Assembly (NCBI GenBank): GCA_021821785.1
Contig: JAKACD010000004.1
Location: forward strand, 1,102 to 65,101
Source of the DNA: Thermoplasmata archaeon
GTDB taxonomy: Archaea > Thermoplasmatota > Thermoplasmata > Lutacidiplasmatales > UBA184
Direction: 5' to 3'
DNA: 64,000 bases
Of this stretch, positions 51,872-60,627 are shown in pieces (within the stretch, counting starts at the first letter, position 1; each line of letters begins with the position of its first letter). The notes under the pieces are model-generated. The model did not search any database. It was not told where the DNA came from and saw only the letters and a program-made list of their open reading frames with translations. A program made the position numbers and the translations under genes.

Positions 51872-53119
51872 ATGGAGATGCATGCGTTCGGACGGTTGAC
51901 GAGCGTCGACGTGGCCCGCCGCCGGCTCCTCGCCGCGGCACGGCCGATCGACCGGGTCGAGTCGGTCCGTGTCGAGGAGGCGTTCGGCCGGGTCGCCGCC
52001 GCGACGGTGCGGGCCCCCTTCCCGGTCCCTTCGTTCTACCGGACGACCTGGGACGGCTACGCGCTGCGCTCCAAGGACACCGCCGGGGCCCGGAAGGACC
52101 ACCCGGTCGACCTGCGGGTCGTGGGGGAGGTCTTCGCCGAGCAGTCGTACCCGGGCCGTCTCGGCCCGAACGAAGCGGTGGCGATCGCGACCGGCGGGGC
52201 GATACCGAACGGGGCCGACGCGGTCGTGATCTTCGAAGAGGTTGAGCGCTCCGGGGAGACCGTTCGTCTGCGCAAGCCGGTGGGCCGCGGGGACCGCATC
52301 TCCCCCCCGGGCCACGACTTCCCGCGAGGCACGGTCCTGGTCCGCAAAGGCACCGAGCTCGCCACGACCGAGCTCGGTACGCTGGCCGCGTGCGGGGTCG
52401 GCGAGGTCGCCGTGTACGCTCGGCCCGTGGTCGCGCTCCTCCCCAACGGCAACGAGCTCCTCACTCCCGGCGCCGCCCCCGAAACGGGCCGGATCTTCGA
52501 GAGCAACAACGCGACCCTGAGCGCGGTCGTCGCGGCGGCCGGTGGCGTGCCGAAACCGTCCCCTCCCCTCCCCGACGACCCGGTCCGGATCGAGTCGGCG
52601 ATCCGGGCGGCGCTCGAGAGCGCGGACATCGTCCTCGCGACCGGTGGGAGCTCGGTCGGGGAGCGCGACCACCTGCCGACCCTCCTCCCGAAGGTCGGGC
52701 GCCTACTCTTCCACGGGATCGCGGTCCGCGCCGGGAAGCCGACGCTCGCCGCGCGCGCGGGAACGAAGCTCGTGATCGGCCTGCCCGGGCACCCCACCTC
52801 GTGCCTCGTGAACATGTACTGGCTGGTGCTGCCGGTGCTGCGCAAGGTCGCCCGCCGCCCCGGGCCCGGCTGGGTCGATGGATGGGCGGTCCTCGGCAGC
52901 GAAGCGGTCGCGCCGTCGCCCGGTCTTTCCACGGTCGTCCCACTTCGGTTCGAGCGGGGCCGGGCGTACTCGACGTTTCGGGGCTCCTCGGTGATCACGA
53001 GCCTCTCGGGGGCCACCGCCTATGCGATGCTCCCGCCAGGCCGACGGCGGGTCCGGGCGGGCTCCCGGATTCGGGTCCACCACCTGCTGCCCCCCCTCGG
53101 CCCCGGCCCAGGAGCGTAG
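51872..53119 (+). CDS. moeA: molybdopterin molybdotransferase MoeA
   Basis: FPVPSFYRTTWDGYALR, IATGGAIPNGADAVV and LATGGSSVGERD motifs. Confidence 0.9.
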   Translation: MEMHAFGRLTSVDVARRRLLAAARPIDRVESVRVEEAFGRVAAATVRAPFPVPSFYRTTWDGYALRSKDTAGARKDHPVDLRVVGEVFAEQSYPGRLGPNEAVAIATGGAIPNGADAVVIFEEVERSGETVRLRKPVGRGDRISPPGHDFPRGTVLVRKGTELATTELGTLAACGVGEVAVYARPVVALLPNGNELLTPGAAPETGRIFESNNATLSAVVAAAGGVPKPSPPLPDDPVRIESAIRAALESADIVLATGGSSVGERDHLPTLLPKVGRLLFHGIAVRAGKPTLAARAGTKLVIGLPGHPTSCLVNMYWLVLPVLRKVARRPGPGWVDGWAVLGSEAVAPSPGLSTVVPLRFERGRAYSTFRGSSVITSLSGATAYAMLPPGRRRVRAGSRIRVHHLLPPLGPGPGA

Positions 53120-53172
53120 GAGCGTCCCTTCGGGCGGGCGAACCGTTATGGGTCCGCCCTCGATTCTCGCGC

Positions 53173-54003
53173 GTGGCCCGGCGGAACGTTTCGGTCGCCG
53201 TCCTCACGATTGAAGGGACCAACTGCGACGAGGAGCTCGTGGTGGCCCTGCGCACCCTCGGGGCGAAACCCGAGATCGTCCATCTGAAGCAGCTGGAGGG
53301 GCGTGACGTTCCGAGCGCCGAACGCCGTCGCCTCCAGGACTACCAGATGCTCCTCGTCCCCGGAGGGTTCTCCGCGGGCGATTACGTGCGGGCCGGGGCG
53401 ATCTTCGCGGCGCGGATGCGTGCCTCGCTCGGTCCCGAGCTCGAGGAGTTCGTGCGCAGCGGTCGCCTCGTTGGCGGGATCTGCAACGGCTTCCAGGTCC
53501 TGACCGAGCTCGGCCTGCTTCCGGGCCGGGCCGACGGGCGCCTCGGCTCGGTCGACGCGGTCCTCGCCACCAATGCGTCCGGACATTTCGAGTGCCGTCC
53601 GACGTTCGTCGCGTGGGCGGGTGGCAATTTCCCCGCGCTCGCGGACGTGCCCTCCGGCCGCCGCTTCCTCTTCCCGAGCGCGCATGCCGAGGGCCGCCTG
53701 ATTCTCGGTGGGGATCCGGTCGCGCACCGGGCCGAGCTCGAGCGCCGCGGGCAGGTGCTGTTCCGCTGGGTCGCTCCGGACGGTGGCACGGCGACCTACC
53801 CCTGGAACCCGAACGGGTCGGAAGGGAACATCGCGGGCCTCACGAACCCCACGGGGACCGTGTTCGGCCTGATGCCCCACCCCGAGCGGTCGTTCTTCCG
53901 GGCCCAGGAGCCGGATTGGACCCGACGGGGCTCCCCTCGGGGATTCGGAGACGGGGAGAAGTTCCTCGACCGCGTCCTGGCCTACGCCGAGCGCCACGTC
54001 TAG
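53173..54003 (+). CDS. purQ: phosphoribosylformylglycinamidine synthase I (glutaminase subunit PurQ)
   Basis: VAVLTIEGTNCDEE, catalytic GICNGFQ and MPHPER. GTG start. Confidence 0.88.
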   Translation: MARRNVSVAVLTIEGTNCDEELVVALRTLGAKPEIVHLKQLEGRDVPSAERRRLQDYQMLLVPGGFSAGDYVRAGAIFAARMRASLGPELEEFVRSGRLVGGICNGFQVLTELGLLPGRADGRLGSVDAVLATNASGHFECRPTFVAWAGGNFPALADVPSGRRFLFPSAHAEGRLILGGDPVAHRAELERRGQVLFRWVAPDGGTATYPWNPNGSEGNIAGLTNPTGTVFGLMPHPERSFFRAQEPDWTRRGSPRGFGDGEKFLDRVLAYAERHV

Positions 54004-54632
54004 CGCGCCGAACCGGGCCCGTCGTGTCGGGCGAGCCGCCAGACCTCGAGCCGCTCGCCCTCGAGCGATCGGACCGCGGCGACCGAGATTGTCCCCCCGT
54101 CCGCCCGCCATCGGTCGGCGAGCTCGGTCCGTCGGGGCTCCGGCAGGAGCGAGGAGACGACGACGAACGCCTCCCCCCCGTCCGCAAGGTGGTGGGGGAG
54201 CTCCGCGAGCACGCGGTCCAGCACCTCGGTGCCGTCCGGTCCCCCGTCGAGGGCGAGGTTCACCCACGGGTCCGGGTCCCGGTCCTCCGGCCGGGTCGGC
54301 AGGTACGGCGGGTTCGAGAGGACCCGGTCGAACCGCCCGAGACCCCGGGCGAGGTCCGTGCGCACGACCTCGAGGTCGAGGGATTCGGCGCGGGCGGCCG
54401 TTCGGAGCCCGCGGAGCGCGGCCGGGTTCCGATCCGTCGCGACGACTCGGGCCCCGGCCCGGGCGGCGGCCAGGGCGACCCAGCCGGCGCCCGTCCCGAT
54501 CTCGAGGACCCGCCGGTGGGGCGGGACCGCGGCGAACGGGAGGAGGAGGAACGTGTCCTCCCTCGGGGGGTACACGCCCGGCGGAACGGTCGCCGGCGCG
54601 GGGGCGCTGTCGGCCGTGCGATCTCCTCGCAT
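54000..54632 (-). CDS. HemK/PrmC-like N5-glutamine (NPPY) methyltransferase
   Basis: VLEIGTGAG SAM motif and the NPPY catalytic motif. The ATG at 54632 was chosen because the longer ORF is antisense to the next gene. Its stop shares CTAG with the purQ stop. Confidence 0.85.
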   Translation of the reverse strand: MRGDRTADSAPAPATVPPGVYPPREDTFLLLPFAAVPPHRRVLEIGTGAGWVALAAARAGARVVATDRNPAALRGLRTAARAESLDLEVVRTDLARGLGRFDRVLSNPPYLPTRPEDRDPDPWVNLALDGGPDGTEVLDRVLAELPHHLADGGEAFVVVSSLLPEPRRTELADRWRADGGTISVAAVRSLEGERLEVWRLARHDGPGSAR

Positions 54633-54654
54633 GATCCGGACGGAGGTTCGATGC

Positions 54655-54662
54655 CTTATTAT
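54655..54662. promoter_or_regulatory. TATA-like CTTATTAT in divergent spacer
   Basis: It lies about 27 nt from the minus-strand ATG (54632) and about 43 nt from the plus-strand ATG (54702). Confidence 0.45.
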
Positions 54663-54701
54663 CCGCTCCTCGCCTAGAAGTCTCCGATACGAGTTTTCCT
54701 C

Positions 54702-55259
54702 ATGCCTCGACGCCTCTCTCCCCCGGTCAAGATCGGCATCACAGGACTTCCGGGCTCCGGGAAGACCCAGACCCTCTTGCGCATCATCGAGCTTCTCGAG
54801 GAGGAAGGAGTGAAGGTCGGCGGCATGATCACCGAGCCGATCATCGAGAAGCAGCGTCGCGCCGGCTTCCAGATCACCAACTGGCTCACGAAGGAGCACG
54901 AGGTCTTCGCGCACGAGTCGCTCAAGTCGCGGGTGCGCTCGGGCCGCTACGGGGTCAACCTCGCCGCGCTCGAGGGGCTCGGGACCCGCGCGCTCGCCGA
55001 GGCGCGCGAGGAGGCCGACGTCATCGTGATCGATGAGGTCGGGAAGATGGAAGTGGAGAGCGATGCGTTCACCCAGAGCGTCATCGACACGCTCGATGCG
55101 AAGAAGTCGATCGTCATGACGCTCCATAAGAAGTCCCGCAACCCTCTCCTTCAGGACATCCGGCGGAGGGACGAACTACGCCTGCTCGAGGTCACGCCGG
55201 TGAACAAGAACCTGCTCGCGTTCAAGATCGTCCATCTGATCACCGGCCGGGCGCACTAG
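54702..55259 (+). CDS. nucleoside-triphosphatase THEP1 family
   Basis: ITGLPGSGKT Walker A and VIVIDEVGKME Walker B, with ~185 aa size. Confidence 0.88.
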   Translation: MPRRLSPPVKIGITGLPGSGKTQTLLRIIELLEEEGVKVGGMITEPIIEKQRRAGFQITNWLTKEHEVFAHESLKSRVRSGRYGVNLAALEGLGTRALAEAREEADVIVIDEVGKMEVESDAFTQSVIDTLDAKKSIVMTLHKKSRNPLLQDIRRRDELRLLEVTPVNKNLLAFKIVHLITGRAH

Positions 55260-55354
55260 TTCCCGCGCGCGAAGGCGCGACCGACCTCACGCTGCCCGAG
55301 AGCCGCCCGGGGCCCGGACCCCGCGGGCGGGCCGCGGTCTTCTACAATCCGGCG

Positions 55355-56338
55355 ATGGCCGCGGACCGGGACATCGGGGTCGTGGTGGTGCGGGCGCTCC
55401 GCACCCTCGGATGGGCCCTGCACTCGGGCTGGGAGATGACCGCGGCGACCGGGGTCCGCGGACTGCGGCTCGCGAACGAGGCGGGACCGTTCGACCGGTT
55501 CCTGCTCACCGAGAGCCACCCGGTCGCCGTCGAGGTCCTGCGCGCGAACGCGGCGCGCCACCGGGGGGTCACGGTGGAGGCGGCCGATGCCCGTCAGCTT
55601 CCCTCCGCGGCTCCGTTCGACTACGTCGACCTCGATCCGTACGGCTCGCCGGTGGCGTTCGTTCCGACCGCCCTCCACGCGGTCCGACCGGGCGGCGTCC
55701 TCGCCGTGACCGCCACCGACCTGATGGTGCTCGCCGGCGCCCAGCGGGATGCGTGCCGACGACACTACGGAGCGGAACCGGTCCGGGGCCGCCTCGGCCC
55801 GGAAGGCGGGCTCCGCATCCTGCTCGCGTATCTCGGACGGGAGGCCGCGGCGGCCGGCCGGTCCCTCCGCCCGCTCCTCGGCTATGTGCGGGATCACCAC
55901 CTCCGTGCCTATGTCGCCCTCGCCGACGACACGGCGCCGGCGGAGATGCCGATCGGCGAGATCGAGCCGGCGCACTGGAACGGTCCGCCGGTCGGCGATC
56001 GAGGTCCCTACGGCCCGTTCTGGCTCGGTCCGCTCTTCTCGGCCCCGCTCGTCGAAGCGCTCCGCCCCGGCGCCGGGCTTCAGCGGCCCGAGGAGGTCGG
56101 CCGCTGGGTCGAGCGCCTGCGCGAGGAGTCCGCGGTCGACGTCCCGTTCTATTACGAGGCGAACTCGATCGCGGGAGCGCTCGGGCTCGCCCGCCCCCCG
56201 TCCCTCTCGGTCCTCCTGGAGGCGCTCCGGTCGGAGGGGTTCCGGGCCGCCCGTAGCCACGTACGTCCGGCTGCGTTCCGCACGGACGCCCCGCGTCCGG
56301 TGGTGGAGGCCGTCGCCCGGTCGCGAGCGGGCACGTGA
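55355..56338 (+). CDS. trm1: tRNA (guanine26-N2)-dimethyltransferase Trm1 (start codon uncertain; conserved sequence continues upstream)
   Basis: ATGVRGLR, FDYVDLDPYGSP and LAVTATD motifs. The invariant VFYNP.M block straddles the annotated ATG. Confidence 0.85.
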   Translation: MAADRDIGVVVVRALRTLGWALHSGWEMTAATGVRGLRLANEAGPFDRFLLTESHPVAVEVLRANAARHRGVTVEAADARQLPSAAPFDYVDLDPYGSPVAFVPTALHAVRPGGVLAVTATDLMVLAGAQRDACRRHYGAEPVRGRLGPEGGLRILLAYLGREAAAAGRSLRPLLGYVRDHHLRAYVALADDTAPAEMPIGEIEPAHWNGPPVGDRGPYGPFWLGPLFSAPLVEALRPGAGLQRPEEVGRWVERLREESAVDVPFYYEANSIAGALGLARPPSLSVLLEALRSEGFRAARSHVRPAAFRTDAPRPVVEAVARSRAGT

Positions 56339-56351
56339 GGGGTCGGCCCGC

Positions 56352-59222
56352 TCAATCCCAGAAGGCCCGCGTCCGGGCGTAGGCGCGCTCGGCGCGCAGG
56401 ATCTCGGTGAAGAAGGCGTCGTCGTCGCGGTAGAGCCGGAGGAGGAGCCGCCGCGCGGTCTCGGGGCCGACCCCGCGCGCCGCGAGGGCGTAGAGCGCCC
56501 GTTCCCCGTAATGCGCGAGGAGCTCGGCGGAGGTGTAGCCGGCCCGGATGAGCGCCTCCTGTTCGGGGGCGAGCGGTCGCTCCCGCCGCGCCCGCGTTCC
56601 TGCGCGCGAGCGAGCGTTCGCCGGAGAGGGCTTCGCCGAGGGTTTCCATTTGCGCTTCGCGTAGCGGGCGAGTCGGTCGATCTCCTCCGTCCGACGAGGC
56701 GACAGGACGGCCGAGAGCGAGCCATGGCACAACAGGCACCGGCTGCCCCCTTCCTTCCGATACCGGCCGGGCGAGGTCGACCGGACGAACCCGCAGCGCA
56801 GGCAGACGAGCGTGAGCGCCTCCTTCTCGAGCCGGTCCCGGACCGCCCGCAGGAGGGTCGGCGGAGGGAGCTCGGGGACCGTTCGCCATTCCAGGCGTGC
56901 GAGCGGCTCGTCGCTCAGGGGAGATGCGGCCGCCCCGACGATCTCGATCGTCCCGGCGCGGATGCGGTCCAGCACTTCGGCCGCGTGGTCGAGATCGTAG
57001 CGGTCGTGGAGCGTCTTCTCGAGGACCTCTTCTCCGAGCGGGTTCGTCCGGCTCGCGGTGAGCAGCGGCTCGAGCGTCCGGAGGTCGCGCGGGTCCGCCG
57101 ACTCGGGGATGACCCCGAGCTTCCGCGCGACCGCGAGGAAGACCCAGCGGTAGTCGAGGCCGGTCGGGACGAGCCGCTCCACGAGGGGCCGGAGCTCCTC
57201 CGGGGCGAGCCGGAACGCGTCGACCAGCGACGCGAGGTCGACCGCGATCGGAAGCTCCAGGACGAACCACGTCGGCTCGACGCTGGCGACCTCGACGCGG
57301 CCGCCGAGGCGCTCGGTGAGCCGGGCGGCGTTCGCGAGCGCGAGCGTCTCGTTCGTGCGCGTCCCGAAGCAGGCCCCGTAGACGACCAGGCGTCCGTGGA
57401 TCGTGATCGTGACCGTCCGGTCGCTCGCGAGGGCGCCCGCGGCCGCGGCCCGCGCCCGGCGTTCCCGCAGCCGCCCCCGATCCCGGTCCGACATCGGGTA
57501 GCGATCGACATCCCCCTCGCGACGTAGTGCTCCGATCTCCTGGGCGACGTCGAACGGGACAGGGAGGTCCTCCCCGGCCCAGCGGGGCTCCTGGCCGATC
57601 TCCTGCACGGTCTCGACGAGCAGCTCGCCGTCCCGGTACTCCACGACCTTCCAGGTCCGTCCGTGGAGAAGGAAGATCTCCTCGGGCTGGGCGAGGATCT
57701 GCGTGAGCACGAACCGCTCGTCGAGCGTGCCGATGAGGCGGCGGGTGGCGATGTCCCGCAATCGGTACGTCCGCTCGTCGGGGATCAGGGAGAGCGAGGC
57801 GTAGAACCGGCGCAGCGTCCCCCGACCGGGAGCGAGCCGCTCGGCGACCGGCCGCGTGAGGCCGAGGTCCGAAAGGTAGCCGATGAGCTCGTCCCACTCG
57901 CTCTCCGCGAGTTCCCGGACCGGCGCCGCGGTGCCGAGCGTGCGTACGACCGTGCGCCGGTCGACCGATCCTTCGGCCCGAAGGGTGGCGACGATCTGCT
58001 GGGCCGCCGCGAGCCGGTTGCGGGTCCGCCAGCGGACCGGTTCGACCAGGCCCTCGTCGGCCCGACGCGCGAGGACCGCCGCCTCCTCGAGGTCGTCGTC
58101 GTCCAGGGCCAGGACCGTGCCGTGGATCGTCTGGCCGAGCCGGTGGCCCGATCGGCCGACCCGCTGCACGAGCCGACCGACCTGGTGCGGGGAGCCGAAC
58201 TGGACCACGTGGTCGACGACCCCGATGTCGATCCCGAGCTCGAGGGAGGAGGTGGCGACGAGGGCCCGGAGCCGCCCCTCGCGGAACGCCCGCTCCGCCT
58301 CCTCGCGGACCTCGCGGGAGAGCGAGCCGTGGTGGACGGCGATGGCGAGGTCCGGCGCGAGACGGCCGAGGCGCGCGGCGAGCCCCTCCGCGGTCGGTCG
58401 GGTGTTGACGAAGACGAGGGTCGTACGATGCGCCCGGATCTCCTCCTCGACCTCGCGCAGCCCCCCGAGCAGCACCGGGTCGGCCTTCAGCTCCGCGACG
58501 AGGGCGCTCTCCAACGGCGGTCGGTCCTCGCGCGGGCGACGCGCCGAGAGCTCGAGGGTACGACGCTGGCGAGCGGACCGTACCTCGACCGCCCGGGGGG
58601 CGGGAGAGAGGAAGCGGGCGACCTCGTCCGGATTTCCGACGGTCGCCGAGAGGCCGATCCGACGCAGGCGACGGCCCGCGAGCGCGTCGAGCCGCTCGAG
58701 CGTCAGCGCGAGCTGCGCGCCGCGGTCGGACCCGACCAGTTCGTGGATCTCGTCCACGACGACCGTGCGTACGTTCGCGAGCGCGGCGCGCAAATGGCGT
58801 CCGACCAGGAGCACCTGCAGCGTCTCGGGCGTCGTCAGCAGGAGATCCGGCGGGTGCCGCGACTGGGCGAGCCGGGCGGAGGAAGGAGTGTCGCCGTGCC
58901 GGACCGCGGCGGAAAGACCGACCTCGCGGACCAGGGAGACCAGGCGGTGCTCGAGGTCACGGTTGAGCGCGCGCAGCGGCGTCACATAGAGCAGCGAGAT
59001 CGGCGGGGTCGGCTGGACCAGGAGGCGCGACAATAGGGGCAGGAGCGCGGCCTCGGTCTTCCCGGTACCGGTCGGCGAGAGCAACAGGGCGTCCGCGTCG
59101 CTTTCGAGGACCGGGCGGGCGAGCTGCTGAATCTCGGTCGGCTCCCGGATCCCCCGACGGGCCGCCGCCTCGGAGAGCCGGGGGTCGAGGCCCGGCATCC
59201 CCGACTCGGTCTCGGATGCCAT
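56352..59222 (-). CDS. lhr: Lhr-like large DEAD/DEAH-box (superfamily 2) helicase
   Basis: LLLSPTGTGKTEAA Walker A, VVVDEIHEL, a SAT-like block, a VHHGSLS helicase C domain, and a C-terminal zinc-ribbon CLRCG...CLLCHG. Confidence 0.88.
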   Translation of the reverse strand: MASETESGMPGLDPRLSEAAARRGIREPTEIQQLARPVLESDADALLLSPTGTGKTEAALLPLLSRLLVQPTPPISLLYVTPLRALNRDLEHRLVSLVREVGLSAAVRHGDTPSSARLAQSRHPPDLLLTTPETLQVLLVGRHLRAALANVRTVVVDEIHELVGSDRGAQLALTLERLDALAGRRLRRIGLSATVGNPDEVARFLSPAPRAVEVRSARQRRTLELSARRPREDRPPLESALVAELKADPVLLGGLREVEEEIRAHRTTLVFVNTRPTAEGLAARLGRLAPDLAIAVHHGSLSREVREEAERAFREGRLRALVATSSLELGIDIGVVDHVVQFGSPHQVGRLVQRVGRSGHRLGQTIHGTVLALDDDDLEEAAVLARRADEGLVEPVRWRTRNRLAAAQQIVATLRAEGSVDRRTVVRTLGTAAPVRELAESEWDELIGYLSDLGLTRPVAERLAPGRGTLRRFYASLSLIPDERTYRLRDIATRRLIGTLDERFVLTQILAQPEEIFLLHGRTWKVVEYRDGELLVETVQEIGQEPRWAGEDLPVPFDVAQEIGALRREGDVDRYPMSDRDRGRLRERRARAAAAGALASDRTVTITIHGRLVVYGACFGTRTNETLALANAARLTERLGGRVEVASVEPTWFVLELPIAVDLASLVDAFRLAPEELRPLVERLVPTGLDYRWVFLAVARKLGVIPESADPRDLRTLEPLLTASRTNPLGEEVLEKTLHDRYDLDHAAEVLDRIRAGTIEIVGAAASPLSDEPLARLEWRTVPELPPPTLLRAVRDRLEKEALTLVCLRCGFVRSTSPGRYRKEGGSRCLLCHGSLSAVLSPRRTEEIDRLARYAKRKWKPSAKPSPANARSRAGTRARRERPLAPEQEALIRAGYTSAELLAHYGERALYALAARGVGPETARRLLLRLYRDDDAFFTEILRAERAYARTRAFWD

Positions 59223-59270
59223 GGCCGCTCGGCGAACGGACCGGGGGCGAGCGGAAAGGGGTGTCGGTCG

Positions 59271-59708
59271 CTACGGATGGGCGCCCGGCTCGAGGTCGAG
59301 CATGCGCAGCCCGAAGGTCTCGACCATCGGTCGACCGAAGGTGTGCCCCGGGAACGTCTCGAGGAGGATCTCCTGGAGCACTCCCACCGTCGCGTTCATG
59401 AGATGGCCGCCCACGATCCGATGGTCGGGCCCGGCGAGGGCGACGTGGAGGTGGACCGAGGGTCGGTCGTCCGCGCGGGCGATGGTGCCGTGGAGACCGA
59501 CGACCTCGTGCGGGACCGCGAGCTCGTGGGTCCGGTACTGGCTCCCATCCCAGTACCCGACGGTGGCGCGGCGGAACATTCCGATCCCGAACGCGATGGC
59601 GGCCGCCCGGATCCCGTTCGCCTCGGCGAACCGGCTCAACGTGTCGAACACGTCCTCGCCGTCATCCAACCGGAGCATCCACCGGGTACCGTCTTGGAGC
59701 GCATGCAT
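59271..59708 (-). CDS. PPC (DUF296) domain protein
   Basis: About 145 aa with GTI....H.H..L and GGHL pattern (GLHGTIA...VHLHVALAGPDHRIVGGHL). Confidence 0.78.
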   Translation of the reverse strand: MHALQDGTRWMLRLDDGEDVFDTLSRFAEANGIRAAAIAFGIGMFRRATVGYWDGSQYRTHELAVPHEVVGLHGTIARADDRPSVHLHVALAGPDHRIVGGHLMNATVGVLQEILLETFPGHTFGRPMVETFGLRMLDLEPGAHP

Positions 59709-59802
59709 GGGCCCCCCTACGGAGCGGGCCGCTAAGGCGATTCCGGCAGCGGAAAGGGTAACAGGGGCCGCGCTCTCGTTCGAGGGGAAGAGGGCGGAAC
59801 CG

Positions 59803-60627
59803 ATGCCGGCGCAGGGACCGAGGACCGAGGCCGAGCTCCGGGAACACCTTCGGGAAGGAGGTCCGGCGCTCGTCGCCCTTTCGGGGGGCGTCGATTCCGC
59901 GGTCGTCGCGGCCCTCGCGCACGCGGCGCTGGGGTCGGAGGCGATCGCCGCGACCCTGATGGGCCCCGCGGTCTCCTCCCGCGAAGTGGAGCGGGCCGGC
60001 TCGGTCGCCCGCGCGATCGGGATCGAGCACGTGGTGCTGCTCGCGGACCCGCTCGGTCGGGCGGAGTACCGGGCGAACCCCTCCGACCGTTGCTACTTCT
60101 GCCGCCAGGTCGAGAGCGCGCGTCTCGCCGAGTTCGCGCGGACCCGATCGCGGACGCAGCTCCTCGATGGGATCCAGGTCGACGACCTTTCGGACGACCG
60201 GCCGGGCGTGCGCGCGATGGACGAGGCGGGGTTCGCGCACCCGCTGGTCTGGGCCGGTTGGACGAAGGCCGACGTGCGGCGGGCGGCCCGGGCGTACCAG
60301 CTCCCGAACGCGGAGGAGCCCTCGGACGCCTGTCTCGCCTCGCGTGTGGCCCACGGGGACCCGATCACCGCGGAGCTATTGGGACGCGTCGAGGCCGCCG
60401 AAGCGGTCCTGCTCGAGCGGGGCTTCCGCCGGGTCCGCGTCCGGGTGCGCGGCCGCGCCGCTCGCCTGGAGGTCGACCCCGAGGAGGTACCCCGGCTCCT
60501 GACCGAACCGCTGGTCACCGAGGTCTGCGTGCAGGTAGGCCGCCTCGGCTTCGAGCCCGTCACGATCGACCCGCTCGGCTACGGGCGCGCGCGCCGGAGC
60601 GTTGCGACGGCGGAGGGAGGGGGATGA
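59803..60627 (+). CDS. larE: LarE-like PP-loop ATP pyrophosphatase (sulfur transferase family, three-cysteine type)
   Basis: PP-loop LSGGVDS, CYFC pair and ACLASR cysteine motif. ATG at 59803, in the frame of the long ORF. Confidence 0.8.
   Translation: MPAQGPRTEAELREHLREGGPALVALSGGVDSAVVAALAHAALGSEAIAATLMGPAVSSREVERAGSVARAIGIEHVVLLADPLGRAEYRANPSDRCYFCRQVESARLAEFARTRSRTQLLDGIQVDDLSDDRPGVRAMDEAGFAHPLVWAGWTKADVRRAARAYQLPNAEEPSDACLASRVAHGDPITAELLGRVEAAEAVLLERGFRRVRVRVRGRAARLEVDPEEVPRLLTEPLVTEVCVQVGRLGFEPVTIDPLGYGRARRSVATAEGGG
60612..60616 (+). promoter_or_regulatory. Shine-Dalgarno-like GGAGG for uvrB
   Basis: GGAGGGAGGGGG lies immediately upstream of the ATG at 60624, inside the 3' end of the larE-like gene. 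Confidence 0.4.

Noticed and set aside
54633-55127. The N-terminal extension of the HemK-like ORF.
   Set aside because: It is antisense to the THEP1 NTPase gene. The methyltransferase fold begins after the ATG at 54632, which also has a TATA-like island 27 nt upstream.
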